From contig DEAE01000002.1 of NCBI GenBank assembly GCA_002347025.1, positions 91,544-155,543 of the forward strand: a stretch of 64,000 bases of DNA. Reading direction: 5' to 3'. Positions 1 through 9,899 of this stretch are shown here, piece after piece; positions within the stretch are counted from its first letter, which is position 1, and each line of letters opens with the position of its first letter. The notes beneath the pieces are model-generated. The model was not told the origin of the DNA and did not search any database. It was given only the letters and a program-made list of their open reading frames with translations. The translations under genes and the position numbers were made by a program. The stretch is from Acidobacteria bacterium UBA2990 (GTDB lineage: Bacteria > Acidobacteriota > Vicinamibacteria > Vicinamibacterales > UBA8438).

Positions 1-550
1 CGTAGGGAACGACTTGTCTCAGAACAGGGTAATTCATCAACGTTTCTCCACCGAAAAAACTGACATGTACCACAGGATTGTTGCCGGATTCTCGGAGCAA
101 TAGGTCCACACTCTGGCGTGCGGTTTCTTCGCTCATGAATTTTGGTTGAGAACCGTTGGTGGTGTCGACGATCTTATCCTCGCTGTACTCGTAGCAATAG
201 GTGCAGCTGAGGTTGCATTGGTTCGTAACGTTTAGAACTGCTGTGCTTAGCGGGAACGGGGTAAGTGGGATGATATTAGGAGGGGGCGTTTTGACCTGGG
301 ACTCAGCTATCAAGCGGACTGCGTGTACCTGTTCCAACTCACGTAAAGTCGCGTCTAGGTCAGTGTCCGGAAACAGAGGAGCGACATCAGTTAAAAGGTC
401 AGAGCGATTACGGGGCCTGGAGACTAGTGCGTCAAGTAGTGCTCGTGCCGGTTCGTCAAGGGCAAAGATAGCGGCGCTTGGGACCAGATACAGGAACTGG
501 CGCCCTGCGGCATTAAAACTGTGGAATTCTCCGAGTCCAAGTTGGTTCAT
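1..550 (-). CDS. qhpD: Radical SAM/SPASM peptide maturase QhpD, 5' part only (gene runs off the left edge)
   Basis: My own minus-strand translation from the ATG at 550 reads MNQLGLGEFHSFNAAGRQFLYLVPSAAIFALDE...LNVTNQCNLSCTYCYEYSEDK...VSFFGGETLMNYP. It carries the CxxxCxxC radical-SAM motif (CNLSCTYC) and a GGE motif. The ATG overlaps the qhpA stop (ATGA, 547-550). It is absent from the ORF track because there is no stop inside the window. Confidence 0.75.
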   Translation of the reverse strand, partial: MNQLGLGEFHSFNAAGRQFLYLVPSAAIFALDEPARALLDALVSRPRNRSDLLTDVAPLFPDTDLDATLRELEQVHAVRLIAESQVKTPPPNIIPLTPFPLSTAVLNVTNQCNLSCTYCYEYSEDKIVDTTNGSQPKFMSEETARQSVDLLLRESGNNPVVHVSFFGGETLMNYPVLRQVVPY

Positions 551-2265
551 GGTTGCTCCACGGCGGTTGGATCCCACCGCAGGTAAAGAGGGACAGTCAC
601 TACTAGATGACCACGGGCACGGAGTTGGCTACGGCTCATGGTCTGAGCCGGGTAGGTTGCCGTTACCCAGACGTCCCCAATGTTGTTCCGTTCACCGCTG
701 CGTTCTACGTTAGGGCCGTCGAGGGATGGGGTGAATAGGCCGCTCCCGTCAATGCTACCCACGTATTGGGTGTCATCGTCGCCAATCGTAACGGCGTATT
801 CTTCGATGCTCCAGTTTGCATCGATGATACCAAGATCGAGGTCGTCCGCTGTATTCGATTCACCGTCTGGACCATCGTTATATGCTCGAGCTTCAAACTG
901 CTGATACTGTTTCGGGAAACGAATGCCTCCAACTCGCGCCATGCCGGTGGAAGGCATCACGGTTATCCGGTCTACTTCGTCATATACGGCTATTGCATTG
1001 GAGATGTTCGACCTGTCAAAAAAGAGGTCTCTGTAGCCATGGGAAGCCTCAGCGTCAACGTGAACTCGTATGTCGAAGCTCTCATCATTATTTCCCAGGA
1101 CTTCCATTATTTCGATTCCAGGACCGAGGTCGATGGAGTTTGAGGGCGATTCCCCAGTTAAGTTCAACCCATAAAGCCGAAGGGTCTCAGTCGTGCCAGT
1201 TGACAATGCGAGTGGGTGCACACCAGCAATGACGGGCTGGCTGTCTGCTCGTTCAAGTGTAATGTCGATGCCTTCCTCATCATAGGATCCTGTAAACCAG
1301 CGGCCACGCATGGTCCGTAAGTCACGATCCACGAACATCACTTCTCGGTGCGTGTTGCCGTTGTCTTCGGAGGAACGACCACGCCACTGGAAGCCTGTGT
1401 AGATAATTGCTTGGCCGGTTCTGGTTACCCTGCGGCCGTTGCGGGCATACGTGTAGGTCGTTGCGGTAGTAAACTCGTCCTCTGTGTCGGGTACTGGGGT
1501 GATGGTAAAGCTTCCGTAGACGGGCCCTAAACCAAGAGCCTGGCCTCGTATCAGCCATGTTCCGGCCACCCGTGCCGGGCGCATTGTTGCAGACCATGCT
1601 GCCCATTCAGATGTTTGAAACGGAAAATGCTCAGAGAGATGTTTGATGGCTTGGTCAACCGGCTGTGGTTCGTCAGTTGCTGGCCCAGAACGTCGGAATG
1701 CTTGGAAATCTGTGAACGGGTAATAGCCTCGGTGCATTGCCATTAGGAGCGCCCATTCCTTGCTGGTGCGCCTTTGGTTCAGCACGCGTCCCATTGAGTG
1801 ACACTGGGTGCATGTTTCTTGAATGCCAGCGTCTTTGTAGGGCTGATCATCGGCCCTACGTTCAACCTCGTAGGCAGCTGGGTATGCTTCCTCGGGTGCG
1901 AGGCCGAGGGTGTTTGACAGATAGCGCACCACTTCCCGAGCGGTCTCAGGGTCTAGGTCTACTCCATTGAGAGTAACCATGCGGCGGATGGTTTGCTGCC
2001 AGCCTTCAGGTGTCGTTCGGCGGAAGGAGATGCGGGAGAGGCGACCTTTCTCATCGGCGACATGACAAGAACTGCACGCTTGCTTGACCGTGGCATTGTC
2101 GATTGGAATGCCTTTGGAACTGTCACTCTCAGCCGTTTGAGCTGCAGCACTACTTGAACCAATAAGCACAAGAACGAGAAAAGATGACCAGATGATTAGG
2201 TGGCGCGGATCCTGGCAAAACATATCATAGCTCCGTCGTGCGCCTTTTTTTAGCATACTAATCAC
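547..2265 (-). CDS. qhpA: Quinohemoprotein amine dehydrogenase alpha subunit (di-heme c)
   Basis: 572 aa with a signal-like N-terminus. Two CxxCH motifs sit in the N-terminal domain (CSSCHVADEKGRLSRISFRRTTPEGWQQTIRRM and CTQCHSMGRV). Context is qhpD immediately downstream plus qhpG/F/E nearby. Confidence 0.8.
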   Translation of the reverse strand: MISMLKKGARRSYDMFCQDPRHLIIWSSFLVLVLIGSSSAAAQTAESDSSKGIPIDNATVKQACSSCHVADEKGRLSRISFRRTTPEGWQQTIRRMVTLNGVDLDPETAREVVRYLSNTLGLAPEEAYPAAYEVERRADDQPYKDAGIQETCTQCHSMGRVLNQRRTSKEWALLMAMHRGYYPFTDFQAFRRSGPATDEPQPVDQAIKHLSEHFPFQTSEWAAWSATMRPARVAGTWLIRGQALGLGPVYGSFTITPVPDTEDEFTTATTYTYARNGRRVTRTGQAIIYTGFQWRGRSSEDNGNTHREVMFVDRDLRTMRGRWFTGSYDEEGIDITLERADSQPVIAGVHPLALSTGTTETLRLYGLNLTGESPSNSIDLGPGIEIMEVLGNNDESFDIRVHVDAEASHGYRDLFFDRSNISNAIAVYDEVDRITVMPSTGMARVGGIRFPKQYQQFEARAYNDGPDGESNTADDLDLGIIDANWSIEEYAVTIGDDDTQYVGSIDGSGLFTPSLDGPNVERSGERNNIGDVWVTATYPAQTMSRSQLRARGHLVVTVPLYLRWDPTAVEQP

Positions 2266-2371
2266 ACCGCTTCAACCTTACATTATCCCTGACTTTGGTC
2301 GGGTTCGAGGGCTGCTAACTAATCTGCCGTTTCTTGTCGGTCGGTGTTGGGGGAACTTGGATGGTGCTCGT

Positions 2372-3898
2372 TTATCGGCATTCTAGTACGCCCTTCGCTA
2401 ATAGCACAGAGAGAGCACCCAGAAAATCCGGGAGGCTTACCGGAGGAGAGTGTCGATTGTAGGTTTCGTAGAGGTCTGGGACCTGTCGATGTTTCGGGGC
2501 TAGTTCGACCAAACGAACCAAATCGACATCTCGAAGAAACCGTAGACCCTGTTCGGATGGTGGCCAGTTTGGAACTGACAGCCGGTCCTCCATGACGATA
2601 CGTCGCGTCGTAATGGCGGGATATCTTTTTATCTGGAGGCAGGGTCCTGGAGACAGGTGAATTTCGCGACTTCGCTTAATAGTTTCGAATGCGGCTAAGA
2701 CCGTTGGGTCACGCTTGAGGTACTCGGCATCATCTGGCATGTTTGGTGTGCCATGTGTCGGAAGGACTCCGTCAGGAGCCGATCTCCCAGTCCAGAACGG
2801 GTGAAGGTGTTCCTTGGCCGCGTCGGCAAAGAATTGAGCTGATTGCCGACTCAGTGCATCATGCATCTGCTCCTCTCGCTTATTGAAGATGCCAAGGGCT
2901 GCGGTTGAAAGTGAAGAATCAGTTAGTGAAGTGTGGGTGACGACAGCCGCCAACCAGGCTGAGGCTAAGGCTTTTTTCACGCCGTAGGACGAAAGCGGAT
3001 CTATGAATGACGCCGCGTCGCCGACCAGTAGGACCCCTGGAACGCCATATTTGTGGGCGCTGTAGAGGGAAGCGTCACAACCCCAAGGCTCTGCGACCCG
3101 AAGTGCGCCATTGAGCAGTGAACGTAGGGCAGTGGTTTTGGCAAGCTCGGTGTTATAGCAGGACATGATGGCGTGTCGCTGGTCGAGTTTGGTCGCCTGT
3201 GGATCGACCATGAACGTCACGTAGCGTCGACTCTTGCTGACCGGTACCGACCATGCCCAACCATCTCCGTAGCTTTCCACCAAAGTGTGAGTCTGGCTCT
3301 CTAGGGGCCATCCGTTCGGTTGTTCCCATACCGCTGTGAGGCCTACCGTTGTGCGGCTGTTTTCGTAATTGCGGAATCCGCGACGTGCAATGATGCCTGA
3401 GCGGCCGGAGCAGTCGAGGATGAATCGTGCATGGCTCGATTGTGGCCCAGACTTGGTCAAGAAGTGGACTGTGCCTTCTGGCTGTAACGGGGATGTGTCG
3501 GTGGTTGGGAGCTCGACACGGCGAACAAGGGCTTCGGTTTGTAGTTGGGAACCGGCTTGTGCTGCAAGTTTGAGTAGTAACCGGTCGAAGTCTCGGCGCT
3601 CCACTTGCCAGCCCTTGGTAGCATCAGCAAAGTGAGCAGTGCGAGTGCGGTGGTCGCCCCACCAAATCGTGTTGCCAGCACTTGCGAGAAAGCCAGCTTG
3701 ACCGAGGGCCTCCGAGATACCGAGGAGGTCAAAGAGTTTTTGACAGCTTGGGGGGAGCGACTCACCGAGGAACCGCCTCCCTTTTAGGGGTTTTGTGAGA
3801 AGCTGCACCGAGTGCCCCCAACTAGCCAACAACCGTGCAGCGGCTGAACCAGCTGGACCACCGCCGATGATCAAAACGTCGTACAAAAATTTCGCCAT
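2372..3898 (-). CDS. qhpG: FAD-dependent monooxygenase of the halogenase/GG-reductase fold, QhpG-like (CTQ cofactor biogenesis)
   Basis: The N-terminus has the dinucleotide fold DVLIIGGGPAGSAAARLL, and there is a GDAASFIDPLSSYGVKKAL motif. It lies directly upstream of qhpA on the same strand. The product name is inferred from context. Confidence 0.6.
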   Translation of the reverse strand: MAKFLYDVLIIGGGPAGSAAARLLASWGHSVQLLTKPLKGRRFLGESLPPSCQKLFDLLGISEALGQAGFLASAGNTIWWGDHRTRTAHFADATKGWQVERRDFDRLLLKLAAQAGSQLQTEALVRRVELPTTDTSPLQPEGTVHFLTKSGPQSSHARFILDCSGRSGIIARRGFRNYENSRTTVGLTAVWEQPNGWPLESQTHTLVESYGDGWAWSVPVSKSRRYVTFMVDPQATKLDQRHAIMSCYNTELAKTTALRSLLNGALRVAEPWGCDASLYSAHKYGVPGVLLVGDAASFIDPLSSYGVKKALASAWLAAVVTHTSLTDSSLSTAALGIFNKREEQMHDALSRQSAQFFADAAKEHLHPFWTGRSAPDGVLPTHGTPNMPDDAEYLKRDPTVLAAFETIKRSREIHLSPGPCLQIKRYPAITTRRIVMEDRLSVPNWPPSEQGLRFLRDVDLVRLVELAPKHRQVPDLYETYNRHSPPVSLPDFLGALSVLLAKGVLECR

Positions 3899-4108
3899 GG
3901 AAGCATTGTGTCTGAGTCGGCAGTGCTGGTGAACTGATTGCTGTATGAGCCTACTCTAACTTAAGTGACCTAGGGTCAGGTTGATGGGTTAATCAATTCT
4001 AAACCTTTAGTTTCAACACGACTCCGTACGAACCCGAGAAAACCTTTTTAAGACGGCTGTTACAATTCCCGGCATCGTTCGAGTGTTCGACTACGAGGCA
4101 GGAAGTTA

Positions 4109-5845
4109 GTGTTGATAGACCCTCAGTTTCGCCGAGCCCTGTCGTATCTGAAACCCTATTGGGGCCAGTTGACCTTGGTCTTGACGCTTAGCCTTCTGTC
4201 GACTGCTGTGTCCTTGCTGATTCCGCTTTTGTCTCGCTCTCTGGTTGATGGTGCGATCTTGGGGGCTGATTCGAGCAGATTGAGGCAGGTGGTATCACTA
4301 TTTGTCGCGATCACGGTTTTTGGGTTTGGTCTCAACGTTGTTAGCGGTCTGCGTTATACCCGAGTATCGGCAGAGATTCTCTTTGAGATGCGTTTGACAC
4401 TCTACCGTCACCTTCAGAACCTATCGCCCAGATTCTACGCTCGGACCCGCTTCGGCGACATCATGTCGAGGTTGAACAATGATATTGGTGAGATTCAGCG
4501 GGTGGCTGCAGAGGTGGTCTTAGCTTGGGTTGGAAATGCTCTGTTTTTGGTTGGCGCCGCCGTTATGCTGGCCTATCTCGACCTGTGGTTGTTCCTTTGC
4601 GGTATTGCGCTACTTCCTATTAGTGTGTGGGCCCTCGTCCACTACCGTCGTCGACTTGAAGGACGTGTTGCAACACTGCGTGAGCGGAGTGCAGCTATCG
4701 GTAGTTTCTTGATTGAAACACTGCAAGCGGTGAGGCTGGTAGTGATAGCCAACGCGCAACAACGGGAGGTTTATCGTTTTCGTCAAAGGAATGATCATTT
4801 TATTGAAGCGCTCATGTCGATGCAGTGGACAACTTACATGTCTGGTGGACTACCCGGTCTAGTGTTGTCTGGCAGCACTGCTTTCGTGTTTCTCTATGGA
4901 GGACAAAGGGTCATTGATGGCACCTTGACGTTAGGAACACTTGTGGCGTTCATGGCGTATCAATTGCGGTTGTTTGCACCGGTTCAGGCTTTGATGGGTC
5001 TTTACGCGAGTCTGGCGACAGTGCGAGTCTCGCTGGAGCGAGTTCACCAGATATTGGACGTTGTTCCAGATGTCAGGGAGGTGGCTTCTCCTATTGCACT
5101 ACCCAGGGTCCGTGGTGAAGTGCGGCTTGAGGATATTAGCGTGTCGTTCGAACGAGGTCCGCCCGTGCTTGATGGGGTCTCTTTGTATGTGGAGCCCGGG
5201 TCATGCCTTGCGATAGTTGGCCCAAGTGGAGGAGGTAAGAGCACTGTGGCCGATTTACTGCTTCGCCTCTTGGATCCTGATGCGGGCACGGTCAGGCTTG
5301 ACGGTCATGACTTGCGGACGGTGAAGTTGGAGGATTTGAGATCCAGGATAGGGTTAGTCGAACAGGAGCCGGCGGTGTTTTATGCATCGCTTGCGGACAA
5401 TATTCGCTATGCGTGTCCTGAAGCTTCTGATGAGGATGTGTTAAAGGCTGCTAGTGCAGCAGGGCTAGACACGTTTGTGGACCGGTTGCCTGATGGCTGT
5501 GCGACCCTGCTTGGGGAAAGAGGTATGGCGCTATCTGCTGGAGAACGGCAGCGGGTGGCCCTTGCCCGAGCGTTTTTGGCGGCCCCGGATATTTTGGTGA
5601 TGGATGAGCCGACAGCAGCGCTTGATCCCGAAGTGGAACAACAAGTCGCGAAAGGGTTTGAATCTGTTATGGCTGGACGAACAACCATTCTGATTACCCA
5701 TCGGCTGGTGTTGGCGAAGAGAGCGGACCGTATTGCGTTTCTTGATGGAGCCCATGTTGTTGAAGAAGGAACGCCTGATGAATTATTGGCCTTGGGTGGC
5801 CGATACGCGAGTCTGTTCTCAGAGACAGGGCAGAGCAAAGATTGA
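4109..5845 (+). CDS. qhpF: ABC exporter, fused permease and ATPase, QhpF-like
   Basis: 578 aa with a 6-TM N-terminal half. Walker A is GPSGGGKST, the signature is LSAGERQRVALARA and Walker B is ILVMDEPTAALD. GTG start preceded by AGGAAG. Divergent from qhpG. Confidence 0.7.
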   Translation: MLIDPQFRRALSYLKPYWGQLTLVLTLSLLSTAVSLLIPLLSRSLVDGAILGADSSRLRQVVSLFVAITVFGFGLNVVSGLRYTRVSAEILFEMRLTLYRHLQNLSPRFYARTRFGDIMSRLNNDIGEIQRVAAEVVLAWVGNALFLVGAAVMLAYLDLWLFLCGIALLPISVWALVHYRRRLEGRVATLRERSAAIGSFLIETLQAVRLVVIANAQQREVYRFRQRNDHFIEALMSMQWTTYMSGGLPGLVLSGSTAFVFLYGGQRVIDGTLTLGTLVAFMAYQLRLFAPVQALMGLYASLATVRVSLERVHQILDVVPDVREVASPIALPRVRGEVRLEDISVSFERGPPVLDGVSLYVEPGSCLAIVGPSGGGKSTVADLLLRLLDPDAGTVRLDGHDLRTVKLEDLRSRIGLVEQEPAVFYASLADNIRYACPEASDEDVLKAASAAGLDTFVDRLPDGCATLLGERGMALSAGERQRVALARAFLAAPDILVMDEPTAALDPEVEQQVAKGFESVMAGRTTILITHRLVLAKRADRIAFLDGAHVVEEGTPDELLALGGRYASLFSETGQSKD

Positions 5846-6017
5846 GGCAGGGTGAGAGTGGGATTGGTGTGGGTCACCGGCTTCCGCTCGAGACAACTAA
5901 GTGTTACTTAGAGACTGTCCTCTCATAACCCCTGTGTTCTGTCCCGGCTCGGGCCAATTGGGACACCACCCGGGTAGTAGTAGCGGATTAGTTGATTCAG
6001 TTGTGGGCATTGGCGCT

Positions 6018-6677
6018 ATGAAGAGGCGAGTCCGAGTTGCGGTTATCGACAGCGGCGTGAACACTGCTCACCCCCATATCGGAACTGAAGTTGAAGGTGT
6101 TTGTCTGTTGCCTGGCGATTCTGACGACTATGTTGACAGGCTCGGTCATGGCACTGCAGTTGCCGCGGCGATTCAAGAGAGGTCCCCGCAGTCTGACTTG
6201 GTCATTGTGAAAGTGTTCGATCGAAGGCTGGCGGCCTCGATTGATACATTGGTGGCGGCTATCGACTGGGCGGCTCGCCGAAATGTGGACTTGATTAATC
6301 TTAGTCTGGGGACGGCAAACCCGAGGCATGGTGAGGTTCTCAAGGAAGCGGTTGGTCGGGCCACGGCTGTTGGTGCGCTGTTGGTAGCTGCCGGCAGTCA
6401 TGCCGGCGTCAGGTATTTTCCTGGGAGCCTCGAGGGTGTGGTGTCGGTCGGCCTCGATTGGGGGTGTCCCAGGTTGGGGGTTCAGGTTGTGGGCGGATCC
6501 CACCCAGTTTTTGGCGCTTCGGGCTATGCCCGCCCAGCACCAGGTCTGTCCCCCGATCAGAATCTTAAGGGGCTTAGCTTTGCAGTTGCCAACGTTACTG
6601 GCCTTTTAGCTAGGGAATTGACAGCCGGGTGCCGCCCATCGGTGATGACTGCAGTTGAGCGGCTCAGTCGACTATAA
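6018..6677 (+). CDS. qhpE: Small subtilisin-like (S8) serine protease, QhpE-like leader peptidase
   Basis: VAVIDSGVNTAHPHIG (Asp), GHGTAVAAAI (His) and GLSFAVANVTG (Ser) form an S8 triad. I trimmed the start to the ATG at 6018 (MKRRVRVAVIDSG). The track ORF starts at 5901. Confidence 0.65.
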   Translation: MKRRVRVAVIDSGVNTAHPHIGTEVEGVCLLPGDSDDYVDRLGHGTAVAAAIQERSPQSDLVIVKVFDRRLAASIDTLVAAIDWAARRNVDLINLSLGTANPRHGEVLKEAVGRATAVGALLVAAGSHAGVRYFPGSLEGVVSVGLDWGCPRLGVQVVGGSHPVFGASGYARPAPGLSPDQNLKGLSFAVANVTGLLARELTAGCRPSVMTAVERLSRL

Positions 6678-6903
6678 GATCTAGGTTCTCAGTGGCTGAT
6701 GCCGACGAGGTGTTTTGTTGGGTCAGCTTCTGTAGACTCTGCTGTTTTGGGAGGTCAGAGCTCCCCTTTGTCTTACTCGTTAGGTAGGCCGTGAGGTTCC
6801 TTGGAGATGGGGTTCTTTACTGAACGCTGGCCTGTAGCCTTGACGCCAGATCCCTGCCAAAGATAGCTTTCTAGGCTGGGATCTGGTCGTCTGCGGTCTT
6901 AAT

Positions 6904-7395
6904 CTATTGTGCTTCCGTAATCATGATCGCTTCAAGGTCATCAGTATCTGAGGGTAGCTCGGTGTCGCCAGCTGGTACATTGTTCTTCTGCAAAAGATAG
7001 GCTGAGATGTCGGCATAACCGGACGGACTCAGGCTGGCCGGGGCCCCCTGCGGCATAGTGGTTCGTATCGCCGTATACATATCGCTGATCGACAGGTCGC
7101 TCCAGCGGAAGAAAAACGATGATCCGACCAGAGAAGGTGCGATGCCGTCGCCCATTAGATCGTCGAGGTGGCATGCTGCGCACTCTTGTTCATAAGTGCG
7201 CTGTCCGCGTCCAGCTTGTTCATCGGTGTAGACGCCGTCCCAGATGGTTTGGTCTTGAGCGAACACTGTAGCAGTAAACGCACTCGAGTCTGGTATTGTC
7301 GCGAGCGACGCGACGAAGGGGCACAGCGAAGCAAGTAGAAACGCCGCAAAGAGGCGACGGCTTTGGCCTATAGACGGGTTTCGCATTTGTCTCAT
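6904..7395 (-). CDS. Class I c-type cytochrome, secreted
   Basis: 163 aa with a signal peptide, a single CAACH heme motif and a distal TMPQG Met ligand region. Confidence 0.75.
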   Translation of the reverse strand: MRQMRNPSIGQSRRLFAAFLLASLCPFVASLATIPDSSAFTATVFAQDQTIWDGVYTDEQAGRGQRTYEQECAACHLDDLMGDGIAPSLVGSSFFFRWSDLSISDMYTAIRTTMPQGAPASLSPSGYADISAYLLQKNNVPAGDTELPSDTDDLEAIMITEAQ

Positions 7396-7721
7396 ACCTC
7401 ATCAAAATTTAGGGCGGTTAAGGGCGATCGACTCCGCCCAGTGTAACGCCGATTAGTGTGGGGCGGGTCGTCTGAATGCTCCAAGGAGACAATCCATTGC
7501 AGTCGGTGGGGTTTCCAGAAATCCCGGTGTGAACAGTCAGACGTCGCCACCGCATACTTCAACTATATCATCCCCGATTCTTGTCTGGTTGTACTACTCC
7601 ACTTCGGACGAAAAATATCATAGCTTGGACTGGTAGCTTGATTCTTGGCGCGTGCTATCTTTGCACTGTTTAGCAAATTAGATTGCTATCTGCGCGGTGG
7701 GTGAGAGGAGGCAAGTTTCCG

Positions 7722-8567
7722 GTGGACGTATCTATTGAACCTCTTGATACTCCAGAGATGGAGGGTGACGGGGGGCTTGCCCTTTGTGAGTTTAGTAGTC
7801 AGTTCTTTAGCGAGATCGAGATCTTTGCCAAACTAAGAGTTGTAAAGCTTTACCGTTTGGACATTGAACAAAGCCGGTTGGTAGCCTGTATCCCGTGTCT
7901 TGACCACGAAGCTATGTTGCATGAGGGGATCGCTGCTCATGCTGCAGCCTACATCGAAGACCGCGTGACGGGAGAGTTGCATGAGATCGTGTTGGTTCCG
8001 TCTAGGCGTCATGTTGAGGTAGACAGTGCGTCAACCTTAGAGGAATACCATGATGGAGCTGCCTCTCGTTTAGTTGAAAGGTTGCGTGGTATCCGGCCAG
8101 ACCTTGCATATTCTGTCAAGAAATTGTCATGGCTTCGTGGCGATCGGCGAGTCGTCAGAGCCTGTAGGGCTCAGGTTGCCCTGAGGGATGTTTTGCTCAG
8201 GGCTGACATAGGTCAGGTTAGCGAAGCGGTGGAGCGATTGCGTATCATCGCTGCTTTGATGGAGAAGCAATCTCGAGTAGCGTCCTGGAGTGTTCGTACG
8301 GTAACAGGTCCGCTATTAACTGTGGTTGGGTTTCTGGTTTATCAGGGGCTTGGTCGTCTCTCTCCAGAGATTGGAACTGCGAATGCTAGCATGTTCCAGT
8401 CGCTGGTTGTGGGGGTTGCTGGGGGATTGTTCCTCTATTTTGGTCTTAAGGCTGTCCACTTAACAGAGATAGCTAATCGCGTGTGGAAGCGAGCGGCGGA
8501 ATATGGGTTGATCATTTCGGAGCGAAGAAGGTTGGCCTTAGACTTTGATGTTGATGCTGAAAAATAA
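7722..8567 (+). CDS. Hypothetical protein with two C-terminal TM helices
   Basis: Long ORF with no recognisable motif. GTG at 7722 follows GAGAGGAGG. The track start at 7683 (TTG) is also possible. Confidence 0.4.
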   Translation: MDVSIEPLDTPEMEGDGGLALCEFSSQFFSEIEIFAKLRVVKLYRLDIEQSRLVACIPCLDHEAMLHEGIAAHAAAYIEDRVTGELHEIVLVPSRRHVEVDSASTLEEYHDGAASRLVERLRGIRPDLAYSVKKLSWLRGDRRVVRACRAQVALRDVLLRADIGQVSEAVERLRIIAALMEKQSRVASWSVRTVTGPLLTVVGFLVYQGLGRLSPEIGTANASMFQSLVVGVAGGLFLYFGLKAVHLTEIANRVWKRAAEYGLIISERRRLALDFDVDAEK

Positions 8568-8571
8568 AGAA

Positions 8572-8988
8572 TCACAGTTGAGCGAGAAGAACTACGAATA
8601 GCATCAGGTTAATGGCATGAGATGCGAAACAAAACACGCATTTGGCTCGGACAATGAACAATAACGAATAGATGAGGTATAGGCTGAACAGAAGGGCAAT
8701 AGCACTGGCGCTCAGCCCAATGAGGTGGACCATAGGGTCATGGAGGCCGCAGGTGGCTACTGCGGTCCCGAGTAACGTATAGAAGATGAGGCCGAGCAAG
8801 GAATTGGGCGGACCAAGAATTCGGGCTGATGGAGTGAAGACGATCGCAGTACATGTTTGTTGTTCCAGTCTACAGATGATCGGTAGTCGGCGTGAGTCAG
8901 CCTTCACCCAGTGAAAAGCGATAGCAGTGAAGTGGAGAGAGATTATCCCCCCTACGGCGCACAGGTAGACTAGCAATGTAGACATCAA
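8572..8988 (-). CDS. Vitamin K epoxide reductase (VKOR)-family membrane protein
   Basis: 138 aa and about 4 TM helices. Loop cysteines lie in CRLEQQTC and there is a CVFC redox motif in the last-but-one helix. Confidence 0.5.
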   Translation of the reverse strand: MMSTLLVYLCAVGGIISLHFTAIAFHWVKADSRRLPIICRLEQQTCTAIVFTPSARILGPPNSLLGLIFYTLLGTAVATCGLHDPMVHLIGLSASAIALLFSLYLIYSLLFIVRAKCVFCFASHAINLMLFVVLLAQL

Positions 8989-9002
8989 GGCCTGCAGGGG
9001 TG

Positions 9003-9749
9003 TTACGGTAAAGGTAAGAGCAACTGGCTGCCTGGTGCTCGCTGTACATCGAACGTCTTAAGGGTGTAGTTGACAGTGGTATAGTGGCCGACGAGGCCCG
9101 CTAAATCCATAAGCCCTCTGTTTCCGAATAGCCGCTGGGCCGCTACAAAAACCTCAGTGCTCACTTTGGGTTCTTCAATAAGTTGACGAGTCATCCTAAT
9201 GATGGTCAGCTCTGCTTCGCCTAGTCCAGGTAACTCACCAATTTCAGGGAGGGGTTGGCCGTTTCGGAGTAAGTCGATGATTCCGTCTTCTAGGCCAGCC
9301 CTGCGGCCTAGTGGTTCATGGGCCGACCACTCGTACTGGCTATCAAGGGCACGGGCAGCGGTCAGAATTGCTAATTCGGCCAAGCGCTGGTCCCTGCTGC
9401 CGTCGGCGCCATAGCGTAGGTAGGTGCTAGCTGGAAACAAATGTTCGGCCATCGAAGGGCTATACATCCACATGCCGATAGGGCCGCGTAGGCCATTTGC
9501 GTACCGGCTATCTGGATTGACAATTTGATCGAATACAAGCTGGTCTTCTGGGGTGAGGCTTTCCCGGGAGACAGTCGGCAATCGGGCCCAAGAGTCGTCA
9601 TGAATATCCTGTGGAATGTCGGTGAGGGTGACCTCTCTCGGAATGAAAAAGTTACTTTGAGCCTCGGTGGTAGGGCTCACCACGGAATTGGCGTCATTGC
9701 AAGCAGCTAATATTGAGATCAAGATAGCGATGGTCACATTTCGTAGCAT
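9003..9749 (-). CDS. Carboxymuconolactone decarboxylase (AhpD-like) family protein, probable lipoprotein
   Basis: N-terminal ILAAC lipobox-like signal. The region LAILTAARALDSQYEWSAHEPLGRRAGL...LVGHYTTVNYTLKTF is typical of the CMD/AhpD fold. Confidence 0.55.
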   Translation of the reverse strand: MLRNVTIAILISILAACNDANSVVSPTTEAQSNFFIPREVTLTDIPQDIHDDSWARLPTVSRESLTPEDQLVFDQIVNPDSRYANGLRGPIGMWMYSPSMAEHLFPASTYLRYGADGSRDQRLAELAILTAARALDSQYEWSAHEPLGRRAGLEDGIIDLLRNGQPLPEIGELPGLGEAELTIIRMTRQLIEEPKVSTEVFVAAQRLFGNRGLMDLAGLVGHYTTVNYTLKTFDVQRAPGSQLLLPLP

Positions 9750-9899
9750 CGTGGCCTCCTCGAAACAGAGTAGACATCAGAACCAAGTGGTTTGTCGGTG
9801 CACAGGGTTGCGGTAGTCATGTACATTTGACCGTGCTTAGAGCTCCGTCAGTATGCTCCCTCCTAGCAGCGTCTGAAGCAAGTGTGCCGATTCAGTTAG

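Noticed and set aside
201-713. 170-aa plus-strand ORF at the left edge
   Set aside because: It lies antisense to the qhpD 5' region and the qhpA 3' end, both of which have clear family motifs. Its composition (Arg/Ser/Ala-rich) is typical of antisense ORFs in GC-rich DNA.
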